From assembly GCA_965279035.1 (NCBI GenBank), contig OZ257142.1:3616001-3680000 (forward strand): 64,000 bases of DNA, in the 5' to 3' direction. The stretch is from Bacteroidia bacterium. Its GTDB lineage: Bacteria; Bacteroidota; Bacteroidia; M30B66. Under the pieces are notes generated by a model. That model made no database searches. It worked only from the letters and a program-made list of their open reading frames with translations, and had not been told where the DNA came from. This document shows, piece by piece, positions 48,526-58,665 of this stretch (position 1 is its first letter; each line of letters starts with the position of its first letter). A program made the translations under genes and the position numbers.

Positions 48526-49436
48526 AACTAAGCGTCATTATTGTTTCATATAATGTAGAAAAACTTCTTCGAACTTGCTTAGAATCATTGCTACCTCAAT
48601 TAAACGATCAAGATGAAGTGTATGTGATTGATAATGCTTCATCGGATAATAGTTTGGCTGTTGTGGAAAGTTTTGGTTCACGGATAGAAGTGATAAGTTC
48701 TCCATCAAACTTAGGGTTTTCAGCTGCCAATAACCTTGGAATAGCTAAAGCAACAGGAGATTTCACTCTTTTGTTAAATCCTGATACAGAACTTTTAACA
48801 GATTCAATTAAATCATTGCTTCAAGGTATCGACAAATACGGAAAAAACTATGTATTTGGTGCTCATTTGTTAAATACTGATAGAAGCTTGCAGGTTTCAA
48901 CTTGGGATTTTCCAACTGGTTGGCATATGTTGGCAGAATCGCTTTTTTTATCACGTTGGATCAACAACATGATTAGTAAAAGTATCTTAATCCAAGATAA
49001 TGAAGTGCCAGCAATTTCGGGTGCGGCTATCGCAATTGAAACGTCATTCCTTAAAACTTTAAAAGGACTTGATGCTGAGTTATTTTGGATGGAAGATACT
49101 GATCTATGCTATCGGGCTAATTTACTTGGTAGAAAAAGCAGGTGGTTAATGGATTGGATTTTAATTCATCATAGCGGCAAAAGCTCTGTTTCAAGTTCAG
49201 GTATTCCATTGTCCAATCAACTTATTTCTCGACTCAAGTTCTATAGAAAACATCATTGGTATGTATCTCTAATCATTGGTCATATTGCTACCTTAATACA
49301 GCTTATCACGCGCTTTCTATTATTGACTATTGGTTCCCCATTTTCGGCTAAGTCTGCAGCACGAGCCAAAGGATATCGGTATGCGTTTAAACGATATATT
49401 CGATATGTAATTTTTAATGATAGGAGGATCCTGTGA
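48522..49436 (+). CDS. Glycosyltransferase family 2
   Basis: LSVIIVSYN, VIDNASSD, NLGFSAANN, LLNPDT, EDTDLCYR. Confidence 0.9.
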   Translation: MKLSVIIVSYNVEKLLRTCLESLLPQLNDQDEVYVIDNASSDNSLAVVESFGSRIEVISSPSNLGFSAANNLGIAKATGDFTLLLNPDTELLTDSIKSLLQGIDKYGKNYVFGAHLLNTDRSLQVSTWDFPTGWHMLAESLFLSRWINNMISKSILIQDNEVPAISGAAIAIETSFLKTLKGLDAELFWMEDTDLCYRANLLGRKSRWLMDWILIHHSGKSSVSSSGIPLSNQLISRLKFYRKHHWYVSLIIGHIATLIQLITRFLLLTIGSPFSAKSAARAKGYRYAFKRYIRYVIFNDRRIL

Positions 49437-50548
49437 AAACAAAAAAACGGATTTTGTTTTTAGGAGATGCCTCTTCAGCACATTTAGAACGTTGGGCTAT
49501 AGGCATGCAATCGCAAGGTTTTGAGCTTGCCGTTTTTAGCCTACGACCAGCTGCTTCTCCTGCTATTTATTCGAATAAAGGAATTCAGGTATTTACACCA
49601 GATTTGAAACTTGACAAATCGCGTTTCTGGGCATCATTGATAAGTAAATCCGTATACATCAAAGCACTTCCTTCGCTTAAACGTGTTATTAAAAATTTCA
49701 AACCTGACATTGTGCATGCTCATTATGCAAGCAGTTATGGTTTACTTGGAGCGCTAAGTGGATTTAAACCTTATTGTATTTCCGTATGGGGTTCGGATGT
49801 ACTCGAATTCCCTAAAATCAATTTCCTAACAAAGAAAATAGTAGAGTATAATTTTCGTAAAGCAGATCGCATACTGGTAACTTCCCAAGAATTACTTCAA
49901 TCTGCATCATTATATACTGACAAATCACTAGAAATAATAGCATTTGGAATTGAGCCTGATTTGTATTCTCAATCTAAACACGCTCATGGAAATGCACTAT
50001 TTTTTGGTAGTGCCAAAGCATTAACACACATTTATGGGCACGATACAGCATTGCATGCATTTGCATCTGCTAAAACTTCAATCCCATTGGGAAGTCGTTT
50101 TTTAATTGCTGGATCAGGACCTGATGAACCAATTTTGAAAAACATTGCTCATCAACTCGGAATTGAAGATGACGTCGAATTTAAGGGACAGTTGACTAAA
50201 GAGGAAATCCCCAATTTTCTTAGCAATATCGACGTATTAATCAATTTAAGCCGCAGCGAAAGTTTTGGGGTTGTGGTTTTAGAGGCTGCTGCTTGTGAGG
50301 TCCCTGCTATTGTCTCTGAAACAGGTGGGCTTCGCGAAGTTGTAAAACAAAATGAAACTGGAATACTAGTGCAAACAAATAGCGTAGAGGCAGCAAAAGA
50401 TGCGATGATAATTTTAGCTAATGATTCTGAAAAGAGAAAAACAATGGGGATAGCAGCTCGCAAATTTGCACTTGAAAATTACCCTTGGAAGGCAAGCCTT
50501 GAGAAAATGACAGCTGTTTATGAATCTCTTTTCAAATCCAATGTATGA
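49433..50548 (+). CDS. Glycosyltransferase family 4
   Basis: PDIVHAHYASSYG, SVWGSDV, ESFGVVVLEAAA...GGLREVV. Confidence 0.9.
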   Translation: MKTKKRILFLGDASSAHLERWAIGMQSQGFELAVFSLRPAASPAIYSNKGIQVFTPDLKLDKSRFWASLISKSVYIKALPSLKRVIKNFKPDIVHAHYASSYGLLGALSGFKPYCISVWGSDVLEFPKINFLTKKIVEYNFRKADRILVTSQELLQSASLYTDKSLEIIAFGIEPDLYSQSKHAHGNALFFGSAKALTHIYGHDTALHAFASAKTSIPLGSRFLIAGSGPDEPILKNIAHQLGIEDDVEFKGQLTKEEIPNFLSNIDVLINLSRSESFGVVVLEAAACEVPAIVSETGGLREVVKQNETGILVQTNSVEAAKDAMIILANDSEKRKTMGIAARKFALENYPWKASLEKMTAVYESLFKSNV

Positions 50549-51801
50549 TTCGTATCATCTTACTAACTCAATATTATCCACCCGAAACCGGAGCACCTCA
50601 GAATAGGCTTCACGAACTTGCCTTACGGCTAATTCATAACGGATTCGAAATTGAGGTATTAACAGCGATGCCCAATTATCCATCAATGGAAATTTTTCCA
50701 TCATACAAAGGAAAAAGCTATGTAAAAGAATCGATTGATGGGATTAAAGTTCATCGTACATCCATTTATGTAAGCAAGAGCAAGCGAATCTTACCACGAT
50801 TACTGAACTATTTCTCCTTTGTATTTAGTTCTCTTTGGTATGGTATAAGAAAATTGGAAAATGCCGATTTGTTGATTTGTGAGAGTCCGCCCTTATTTCT
50901 TGGTATTTCTGCATTGATATTAAGTCGTCGAAAAAAGGCAAAGCTGATAATGAATATATCAGACCTTTGGCCAGAAAGCGCAGAAAAACTAGGACTTGTT
51001 ACTAACCGATTGCTTCTTAAATCTGCAGAAAGGCTTGAAATGTTCCTATACCGTAAATCGTGGATAGTGACAGGACAAACAATGGGGATTGTTCGAAATA
51101 TCGAAGAACGAAATCCAGGGAAACGTGTTTATTGGTTGCCAAACGGTGTTGATCTCACTTATTATAATCCCGATCAAACATTTGATAATTGGCGAGCTCA
51201 AAACGGATTCTCTTCTAGCGATTTTATAATTCTATATGCTGGTATACTTGGTCATGCACAAGGGCTTGAAGTTATTCTCAATGCAGCCGAAATAACTCGA
51301 AACGAAACACAGATTAAATGGGTTCTTGTTGGAACTGGTCCAGTCAAACCGGATATGTTACGCTTGAAATCCGAACTTGATTTGAAGGAAGTATATTTCT
51401 TCGATCCTGTTTCAAAAGACAAAATGCCTTCGATCGTAGCCGCAGCAGATGTGGCAGTTATTCCTTTAAAGAAACTTGACCTTTTCAAAGGAGCAATTCC
51501 TAGTAAGATCTTTGAAAGTTTGGCCATGCGTAAACCATTATTGCTTGGTGTTGAAGGAGAAGCTGAAGAACTCTTTATTCGTAAAGGTAAATGTGGACTG
51601 TCTTTTACTCCCGAAGATCCAGCCTCCTTAGCTGCTTCTGCAATGGAGCTTGCTGGTGATCCTACCAAATGCATTCAAATGGGCATTCAGGCAAGAATGT
51701 ATGTATCTGAAGTATTTGATAGAGAGAAGATCGCGAGTGGATTTTCTACTTTTATTCATGATGTCTGGCAACAAGAAAAGTCTAAAGACACTCGGCAATG
51801 A
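50545..51801 (+). CDS. Glycosyltransferase family 4 (WbuB-like)
   Basis: TQYYPPETGA, PNYP, RLLNYFSF, SPPLF, DLWPES, YAGILGHAQGL, IPSKIFE. Confidence 0.9.
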   Translation: MIRIILLTQYYPPETGAPQNRLHELALRLIHNGFEIEVLTAMPNYPSMEIFPSYKGKSYVKESIDGIKVHRTSIYVSKSKRILPRLLNYFSFVFSSLWYGIRKLENADLLICESPPLFLGISALILSRRKKAKLIMNISDLWPESAEKLGLVTNRLLLKSAERLEMFLYRKSWIVTGQTMGIVRNIEERNPGKRVYWLPNGVDLTYYNPDQTFDNWRAQNGFSSSDFIILYAGILGHAQGLEVILNAAEITRNETQIKWVLVGTGPVKPDMLRLKSELDLKEVYFFDPVSKDKMPSIVAAADVAVIPLKKLDLFKGAIPSKIFESLAMRKPLLLGVEGEAEELFIRKGKCGLSFTPEDPASLAASAMELAGDPTKCIQMGIQARMYVSEVFDREKIASGFSTFIHDVWQQEKSKDTRQ

Positions 51802-53027
51802 AACTTTCCGCCAAACAATTTCAATTAAATTATTTGCTCTTGGTTTCAATATTCTTTGTTCCATTTGCTATTCGAATTTCCATTTTTGTTTTCCTGAGTT
51901 GGTTTCTTTTGATACCCTTCAACTCTGAAAAAGAAAATCCATTAAAATCAACTTTGAAAAACTGGCTTTGGATTAGTCTGTTTTTCATTGTTTGGCAGTG
52001 TATCGGTTTTATATACACTTCCAATATTGCAAATGGTCTTTTCAATTTGCAACAAAAGCTAGCCATGCTTATCGTTCCCTTGGGAATTGCATCCGTAAAA
52101 AAAGAATCCTTACCTCGTTTTTCAGAAATCACATGGTTTTTAACGGCTGGCCTTGCCGTATATACCTGCGTTCATCTTTTCAGCGCACTGCAAGTAGTCG
52201 CAGCTACTTCCGATCTGAATGCACTTAATTATACTCGACTTTCCCCCGATATTCATCCTACTTATGCATCTGCTTATCTCTGCTTGGGAGTATTGCTTTT
52301 GATTTTTCAATTACCTACATTAAAATTATGGAAAACTAAATTGCTTGCCAGTTCAGCCATTCTCTTATTCTGTTCTTTTTTATTCCTTCTTCAAAGTAAA
52401 GCTGGCATGCTTACTAGTTTGATTTGCTTTCTATTAGCAATAGCTTGGCTTATTAAACAAAAAGTTATGCGATTGCATGGTTTGTTGCTTATTCTACTGA
52501 TTGTTTGTAGTATCTGGATGACTCAACATTTTTTCTTATCCCGAAATTCAGAGCGATTAATTCAGGCGAAGGAAAACATATTTTCAAATAACACTCATAT
52601 AGCTGATAAAGCGGTTGAAGAAAGTAGTAATGTAAGAATACATGTTTGGCGAATTTCAGTTGAATTAGCAATTCATAGCTTTTTAGGAACAGGTGCTGGT
52701 GATGTTAATGATGATTTGAAAAAAGCATACAAGGAAAACGATCTCGACTTTGCTGTAAACAAGAGCCTAAATGCACACAACCAATACATCCAAATATGGC
52801 TTGGTGGTGGTTATATTGGGCTGATTCTCTTCTTATTGTGGTTAATAGTTCCGTCGATAATGGCATATCAAACGAAGAATATACTTGCTCTTTTATTAAT
52901 TCTCATGCTTGCACTTCATTTTTTAACCGAATCAATGTTTGAATCTCAATCCGGACTTAACTTTTTCCCTATGATGATTGTTTTGATTTTACTTGCACCC
53001 AACAAAATTCTCAAACAAAGAATCTAG
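51798..53027 (+). CDS. O-antigen ligase family (Wzy_C) protein
   Basis: Multi-TM; HPTY, LQSKAG, R...W, LGTGAGD, NAHNQYIQ...G.IGL. Confidence 0.8.
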   Translation: MKLSAKQFQLNYLLLVSIFFVPFAIRISIFVFLSWFLLIPFNSEKENPLKSTLKNWLWISLFFIVWQCIGFIYTSNIANGLFNLQQKLAMLIVPLGIASVKKESLPRFSEITWFLTAGLAVYTCVHLFSALQVVAATSDLNALNYTRLSPDIHPTYASAYLCLGVLLLIFQLPTLKLWKTKLLASSAILLFCSFLFLLQSKAGMLTSLICFLLAIAWLIKQKVMRLHGLLLILLIVCSIWMTQHFFLSRNSERLIQAKENIFSNNTHIADKAVEESSNVRIHVWRISVELAIHSFLGTGAGDVNDDLKKAYKENDLDFAVNKSLNAHNQYIQIWLGGGYIGLILFLLWLIVPSIMAYQTKNILALLLILMLALHFLTESMFESQSGLNFFPMMIVLILLAPNKILKQRI

Positions 53028-53091
53028 ATTCAAGGCTCTTCCTTTAAAAATTACTCATTGTTCTCTTGTTTTGTTAAATGCATCAAGCACA

Positions 53092-53099
53092 TACCTTTG
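53092..53099 (+). promoter_or_regulatory. Internal -7 promoter element immediately before the DegT-family gene
   Basis: TACCTTTG followed by 4 nt and then the ATG at 53104. Confidence 0.55.
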
Positions 53100-53103
53100 C
53101 TCC

Positions 53104-54321
53104 ATGATTCCATTTTCTCCTCCTCATATCGACCAAGCCATTATTGATGAAGTAACTGCCGCATTAAAATCTGGTTGGATTACTACTGGGCCAAGAACAA
53201 AGCAGTTCGAGAAAGACCTAAGTGCTTACAATGGAAATCCCTATACGCTTTGTTTAAATTCAGCAACTGCTGGACTTGAAATTATGCTTCGTTGGTTTGG
53301 TGTTGGGCCAGGTGATGAAGTAATTGTTCCTGCTTACACGTATTCAGCTACAGCCAATGTGGTAATGCACACGGGTGCTCGTCCTGTTTTTTGTGATGTA
53401 AAAGCAGATGATTTCAATATTGATCCTAAAAAAATTGAAGCCTTAATCACCGAAAAAACAAAGGTTATAATGCCTGTTGACTTTGGTGGTTTGCCTTGCG
53501 ATTTTGATGAGATTAATAGCTTAGTAAATAAGAATGAAGTGAAATCACGCTTTATTGCGAATGGAGAAAATCAAGAAAAACTCGGTAGGATTCTCATTTT
53601 ATCAGATGCTGCTCATTCTATTGGTGCACGCTATAATGGAAAAATGACAGGGGTTTTAACCGATGTTTCTGTCTTCTCTTTTCATGCTGTAAAAAACCTC
53701 ACAACTGCCGAAGGTGGCGCCATTGCGTTGAATTTACCTGCACCTTTTGACAATAAAGCGATTTATGATGCTTTGTGCATCTCAACCTTGCATGGTCAAA
53801 ATAAAGATGCATTAGCTAAAATGCAGAAAGGCAATTGGAAATACGATATCATTGAAGCAGGTTACAAATGCAACATGACTGATATCATGGCAGCCATTGG
53901 TTTGGTTGAATTACTTCGCTATGAAACAGAAACACTTCCTCGCAGAAAGGAAATTTTTGATCGTTATCAAAAAGCATTAAGTTCATTTTCTTGGGCAGAA
54001 CTTGCACCTTACGAAACAGCTGAAAAAACATCCTCTTATCATCTTTTTCCACTTCGGATTCGTTCTATTTCGGAAACTCAACGGGATGCTATTATGCAAA
54101 AGATATTTGATCAAGATGTTTCAGTTAATGTGCATTTCATTCCCGTTCCAATGATGAGTTTTTATAAGGAATTAGGATATTCTATCAACAATTATCCTAT
54201 TACCTATAACAATTTCAGTCGGGAAATTTCTTTACCCGTTTTTATCGATTTAAGCAATTCACAAGTGGATGAAGTTTTGGCTGCTGTTATTTCTGCAGTT
54301 GAATCAACATTGAATGTTTGA
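53104..54321 (+). CDS. DegT/DnrJ/EryC1/StrS sugar aminotransferase
   Basis: MIPFSPP, SGWITTGP, NSATAGL, SDAAHS, FSFHAVKNLTTAEGG, GYKCNMTD; start set to ATG 53104. Confidence 0.93.
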   Translation: MIPFSPPHIDQAIIDEVTAALKSGWITTGPRTKQFEKDLSAYNGNPYTLCLNSATAGLEIMLRWFGVGPGDEVIVPAYTYSATANVVMHTGARPVFCDVKADDFNIDPKKIEALITEKTKVIMPVDFGGLPCDFDEINSLVNKNEVKSRFIANGENQEKLGRILILSDAAHSIGARYNGKMTGVLTDVSVFSFHAVKNLTTAEGGAIALNLPAPFDNKAIYDALCISTLHGQNKDALAKMQKGNWKYDIIEAGYKCNMTDIMAAIGLVELLRYETETLPRRKEIFDRYQKALSSFSWAELAPYETAEKTSSYHLFPLRIRSISETQRDAIMQKIFDQDVSVNVHFIPVPMMSFYKELGYSINNYPITYNNFSREISLPVFIDLSNSQVDEVLAAVISAVESTLNV

Positions 54322-54922
54322 TAAAGATCTTATGATCAAACGACTTTTCGATTTCCTTCTATCATTGCTTGGAATACTACTTCTATCACCTTTTCTATTT
54401 TTTATTTGGTTGATAGTTGTTTTAGATTCTCCAGGTGGTGGATTTTATCGTCAGGTGCGTGTTGGTCGGTATGGGAAAGATTTCCGATTATGGAAGTTTC
54501 GAAGTATGCGCAATGATTCCGATAAAAAGGGATTGTTAACTGTTGGAGGTCGAGATCCAAGAATCACCCGTTCGGGATATTTTATTCGAAAATATAAGCT
54601 AGATGAATTACCCCAGCTTTTTAATGTATTTATGGGTGAGATGAGCTTGGTTGGACCAAGACCAGAAGTGCGACGCTATGTGGATTTATATTCTGACGAA
54701 CAGAAGAAAGTGCTTTCAATCCGCCCTGGAATTACCGATTATGCTAGCATTGAATATTCAAAAGAGAATGATTTATTAGCTAAATCGAAGGACCCGGAAA
54801 AAACATACATAGAGGAAATTATGCCTGCTAAACTGGAGTTAAATCATAAATACTTGCGTGAACAAGGGTTTATTACTGATATAAAAATCCTCTTGCAAAC
54901 TTTTTATAAAATAGTTTCTTAA
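54314..54922 (+). CDS. Bacterial sugar transferase (monotopic phosphoglycosyl transferase, PglC/WcaJ-like)
   Basis: KRLFD, RVGR.G..F...KFRSM, DPRIT, LDELPQL.NV..GEMSLVGPRPE, RPGITD. Confidence 0.93.
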   Translation: MFDKDLMIKRLFDFLLSLLGILLLSPFLFFIWLIVVLDSPGGGFYRQVRVGRYGKDFRLWKFRSMRNDSDKKGLLTVGGRDPRITRSGYFIRKYKLDELPQLFNVFMGEMSLVGPRPEVRRYVDLYSDEQKKVLSIRPGITDYASIEYSKENDLLAKSKDPEKTYIEEIMPAKLELNHKYLREQGFITDIKILLQTFYKIVS

Positions 54923-54926
54923 AATC

Positions 54927-54966
54927 AAAAAAGCCCCGGATTTCTTAAGAAAACCGGGGCTTTTTA
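54927..54966. terminator. Bidirectional rho-independent terminator
   Basis: aaaaaagccccgg...ccggggcttttt between convergent genes. Confidence 0.88.
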
Positions 54967-54985
54967 ATTTATTTGAATCTCCTTT

Positions 54986-56074
54986 TTAACGGCGAGGTTG
55001 AGTCGCTATAAAGTCGTTCAATTCATCAACGCTCGAAGAGAAAGTGAATGCGCTATTGATTTGGTAGTAGTTACCTAAATCGTATGTGTGACCATATGCG
55101 AATTTAGCAAAGTCTAATCGAGAGTCTTCAAATGAGAACAATTGCATAATTTGACCAACTTGAGCTGAAGTCATACAATTACTAGCGAATGCTTGCTTAG
55201 CTACTTGTAGTTTATTGCTTTCGAAGCTTTGTCCATTAATAGTTGAAACAGCACCACTGAAAGCATTTTGATCCATCGGCCAAGGACAACCAATTGGTCC
55301 GTTATAACCAGGCATAACATATTGTTGTTGTTGAACTACTACTGGTTGTGGAGTACCATAAGTGGTAGTAGTTGTAGTTTGTTGAACTGTTCCACCTGAA
55401 GTTACTACTGTTCCACCAACAGGTACACCAACACTCATATTAAAATTAACTCCCATATCAGGATCATTCACACTCATGTTAACACCACCAACGGGCGCTA
55501 CAACGGTTGTTTGAGTGGGAGTTCCAGTTGATCGAACTGTTGTTGTTGTTGTTTGTTGAACCGTTCCTGTTGGAGCTTGATTATAAACAGGAGGTTGAGT
55601 AACGATAACTTGTTGTTGTGGTGCAGGTGGATATTGTGAAACAGGAACTGCTAAAGGGGTTTGAGAAACGAAACGCATTACATAGGTTTCTTTAGCATCA
55701 GTGTCTTTCACATCGGAAGAATCTTTCATATTCAAGTCTCGAGCGACTTGATTCCCCATTCCTTTGACTGTTTTTCCAACAGCTGTAGTTTTTTTAGGAC
55801 GGATGTTAAAGTTGTATTCTAAATAGGGGTCTAAAGGAATTGTTTTAGTTACCACGCCTAGTGTAGGATCTTCGAAGATCGCTTTTACTTTATAAACGGC
55901 TGGCATAAGATCATTTACACGGACATTTGTTTGTGGGGTTTCATTGTAACGAAGTCCGTTCATTACGATGGTAAATTTTTCACCATTCTCTGCAAAGAAA
56001 ACGAGATTGGATTTCTGAGCATTCGCATTCATTGCAAAGCTGCTCAGGAGTAGGAATAGGAACGAGTATTTCAT
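54986..56074 (-). CDS. Secreted DUF4476-domain protein with T/Q/V/P-rich linker
   Basis: Signal peptide; low-complexity middle; C-terminal F...KL..AK.....NC.T..QV..I...FSFED.RL.FAK.AY....D..NY pattern. Confidence 0.8.
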   Translation of the reverse strand: MKYSFLFLLLSSFAMNANAQKSNLVFFAENGEKFTIVMNGLRYNETPQTNVRVNDLMPAVYKVKAIFEDPTLGVVTKTIPLDPYLEYNFNIRPKKTTAVGKTVKGMGNQVARDLNMKDSSDVKDTDAKETYVMRFVSQTPLAVPVSQYPPAPQQQVIVTQPPVYNQAPTGTVQQTTTTTVRSTGTPTQTTVVAPVGGVNMSVNDPDMGVNFNMSVGVPVGGTVVTSGGTVQQTTTTTTYGTPQPVVVQQQQYVMPGYNGPIGCPWPMDQNAFSGAVSTINGQSFESNKLQVAKQAFASNCMTSAQVGQIMQLFSFEDSRLDFAKFAYGHTYDLGNYYQINSAFTFSSSVDELNDFIATQPRR

Positions 56075-56172
56075 AGGATTTTTTTTGGACGCGCCGGCTT
56101 TTCAAACCGTATGCCAAAGATAAATGAATGGTTTTATAAAAAGAAAATGGAATTGATATGTATTCAACACTA

Positions 56173-57210
56173 TTACCAAGTCCAATTCCATTGATCTAAT
56201 TGCTCAATACTGCATTTTAGCAATTGAATAGAAGAAAGTACATCGTCTTTATGTACCATTTCAATTACTTGATGAATATGACGAGTAGGAATGCTCACTG
56301 CTCCTGCAATAGCACCACCCGCGGTCATTCGTTGAATCCCACTTGTATCCGTTCCGCCACCTGTTAGGATTTCGGGTTGCCACTTAATGGTATTACGATC
56401 AGCTACTTCTTTCATATAACTAACCATTCTTGGGTCACAAATAACCGAAGCATCCATCACCTTAATTCCTGCACCAGCGCCTAATTTGGTAATCTGCTCG
56501 TGCTCTTTTGATCCGGGAACATCGTAAGCAATGGTTGTATCTAATCCAAACCCAAAATCAGGTTGAATTTTTAGTGTAGCTGTTTGTGCTCCACGAATTC
56601 CAACTTCCTCTTGAACAGTAAAAACTGCATAGAGATCAAATGGTATATCCTTGAGTTGTTTGAGCGTTTCAATTAAAATAAAAACAGAGATCCGATTATC
56701 TAAACTTTTGCAATTAAAGCATTCGCCCATGCGTATAAATTCACGCTCACGTGTAATCGTATTTCCAATACTGACACGTTTTTTAACTTCTTCTGGTGTT
56801 AAACCAGTATCAATAAAAAAATCAGAAATCTTTACCGATTTATCACGCTCTTCAGGTGACATTAGATGAATCGGTTTCGAACCTATCACACCAATCACAT
56901 CTTCAGAACCGTGAATAATTACACGTTGTGCAGTTAATGTTTTGGGATCAAATCCTCCAAGAGTGGTAAAACGGACAAATCCTTTATCATCAATGTGAGT
57001 TACCATGAATCCGATCTCATCCATATGAGCCCCAACCATGACTTTTTTAGGAGAACGACCTTTTCTGAAAACGGTCACATTTCCCATATTATCAACGCTC
57101 ACCTCATCGCCCATAGGACTTACTTCGCGAAGAACTAATGCGCGTATACGTTGCTCATAACCGGGAGCGCCGGGAGTTTCACAAATCTCTTTTAGAAGGT
57201 CGATATTCAT
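56173..57210 (-). CDS. M42 family metallopeptidase
   Basis: PGAPGYE, AHMDEIG, LDNR, VQEEVG.RGA, GGGTD, SIPTRHIH; start set to ATG 57210. Confidence 0.92.
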   Translation of the reverse strand: MNIDLLKEICETPGAPGYEQRIRALVLREVSPMGDEVSVDNMGNVTVFRKGRSPKKVMVGAHMDEIGFMVTHIDDKGFVRFTTLGGFDPKTLTAQRVIIHGSEDVIGVIGSKPIHLMSPEERDKSVKISDFFIDTGLTPEEVKKRVSIGNTITREREFIRMGECFNCKSLDNRISVFILIETLKQLKDIPFDLYAVFTVQEEVGIRGAQTATLKIQPDFGFGLDTTIAYDVPGSKEHEQITKLGAGAGIKVMDASVICDPRMVSYMKEVADRNTIKWQPEILTGGGTDTSGIQRMTAGGAIAGAVSIPTRHIHQVIEMVHKDDVLSSIQLLKCSIEQLDQWNWTW

Positions 57211-57232
57211 ACTACAAAAGAAACCAAAATCT

Positions 57233-58663
57233 TCATTCAACAAAACTGATTTTCAGCATATTCGATTTGCCGAATTCATGCATTGGAATGCTTGCCACAT
57301 TGATGATTAGCTCATCTTGCTTGATAAAGCCATCTTTTTTCAAGATGTTCTTGATATCGGAAATCGTATGGTCGGTACTCACCATTTTGTCGTAAAAGAA
57401 ACCACGAACACCCCAAACGAGGCTGAGTGTGTTTAATAGAGCACGATTTCCAGTGAAAATATAAATGCTCGCTTTGGGACGATAACTAGAAATTCGGAAA
57501 GCAGTGTATCCTGAATGCGTCATAGCGATAATTGCTGAAGTACCAGTTTGTTCAGCCATTGTAACAGCATTGTAGCAAATCGCATCGGTAATCATGCGTG
57601 ATTTATGTGAGCTTTCTTTATGGTCCTTATGATAGATTCCTTCAAAGCCTTCTACCCGAGCCAAAATTTTCTGTACGGTTTCGATTACACGAACAGGATG
57701 AGCTCCAACAGATGTTTCTCCGCTCAACATAACAGCATCTGCTCCATCCATAACGGAATTAGCCACATCACCAACTTCGGCACGTGTTGCGTTGTAATTG
57801 GTAATCATCGATTCCATCATCTGAGTAGCGATGATAATTGGTTTGGATGCTTCTAAGCATTTTTTCACCAACATTTTTTGAATAAGAGGCACATTTTCCA
57901 TGGGAATTTCAACTCCCAAATCACCACGTGCAACCATGATTGCATCAGTATTGGCAATAATTCCATCAATTTCATCAATGGCTTCAGGCTTTTCAATCTT
58001 AGCAACTACGCGTGAATTTTTATTCGCCTTTTGAATCAAGCCTTTCAACTCTAAAATATCAGAAGCTCTTCGAACGAATGATAATCCAATCCATTCCACA
58101 TCATGCTCTAATGCAAAATTCAAATCCTGTATGTCCTTCTTCGTTAAACAAGGCAATGATATCTTAGTATTGGGAAGATTCACTCCTTTTTTAGATGAGA
58201 GAATTCCTCCGTGAATAACAGTTGCAACAACTTCATCTTCTCGATTGGTGTCTTTAACTTCTAATACAATCTTACCATCGTCGATAAGAATTATCTCTCC
58301 CGTTTGAACATCTTGTGGAAATTGAGGATACGTGATATACACTCGTTCTGCAGTTCCTATTGCTTTTTGAGTGGTGATAACCAAATTTTGTCCGGCAACT
58401 AAGAGCACTCCGTTATTTTCCACATCTCCGATGCGAAGTTTCGGACCTTGTAAATCGGCTAATATGGCTGTATGAAAACCATTTTCTTCGTTGATTTCTC
58501 GAATGTAGCCCAACACTTTCGCATGATCTTCATAGGCGCCATGACTAAAATTTATTCGACATACATCTACTCCAGCACTAATCAGTTTTTCTAAAACTTC
58601 TTTGGTTGATGTTGCTGGTCCAAGTGTAGCAATGACCTTGGTTTTACTTTGAACTTTGCTCAT
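57233..58663 (-). CDS. pyk: Pyruvate kinase
   Basis: TKVIATLGPA, RINFSHG, DLQGPKLR, AKIEK, MVARGDLGVE, ATQMMESM, DAVMLSGETS. Confidence 0.97.
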   Translation of the reverse strand: MSKVQSKTKVIATLGPATSTKEVLEKLISAGVDVCRINFSHGAYEDHAKVLGYIREINEENGFHTAILADLQGPKLRIGDVENNGVLLVAGQNLVITTQKAIGTAERVYITYPQFPQDVQTGEIILIDDGKIVLEVKDTNREDEVVATVIHGGILSSKKGVNLPNTKISLPCLTKKDIQDLNFALEHDVEWIGLSFVRRASDILELKGLIQKANKNSRVVAKIEKPEAIDEIDGIIANTDAIMVARGDLGVEIPMENVPLIQKMLVKKCLEASKPIIIATQMMESMITNYNATRAEVGDVANSVMDGADAVMLSGETSVGAHPVRVIETVQKILARVEGFEGIYHKDHKESSHKSRMITDAICYNAVTMAEQTGTSAIIAMTHSGYTAFRISSYRPKASIYIFTGNRALLNTLSLVWGVRGFFYDKMVSTDHTISDIKNILKKDGFIKQDELIINVASIPMHEFGKSNMLKISFVE

Positions 58664-58665
58664 GG

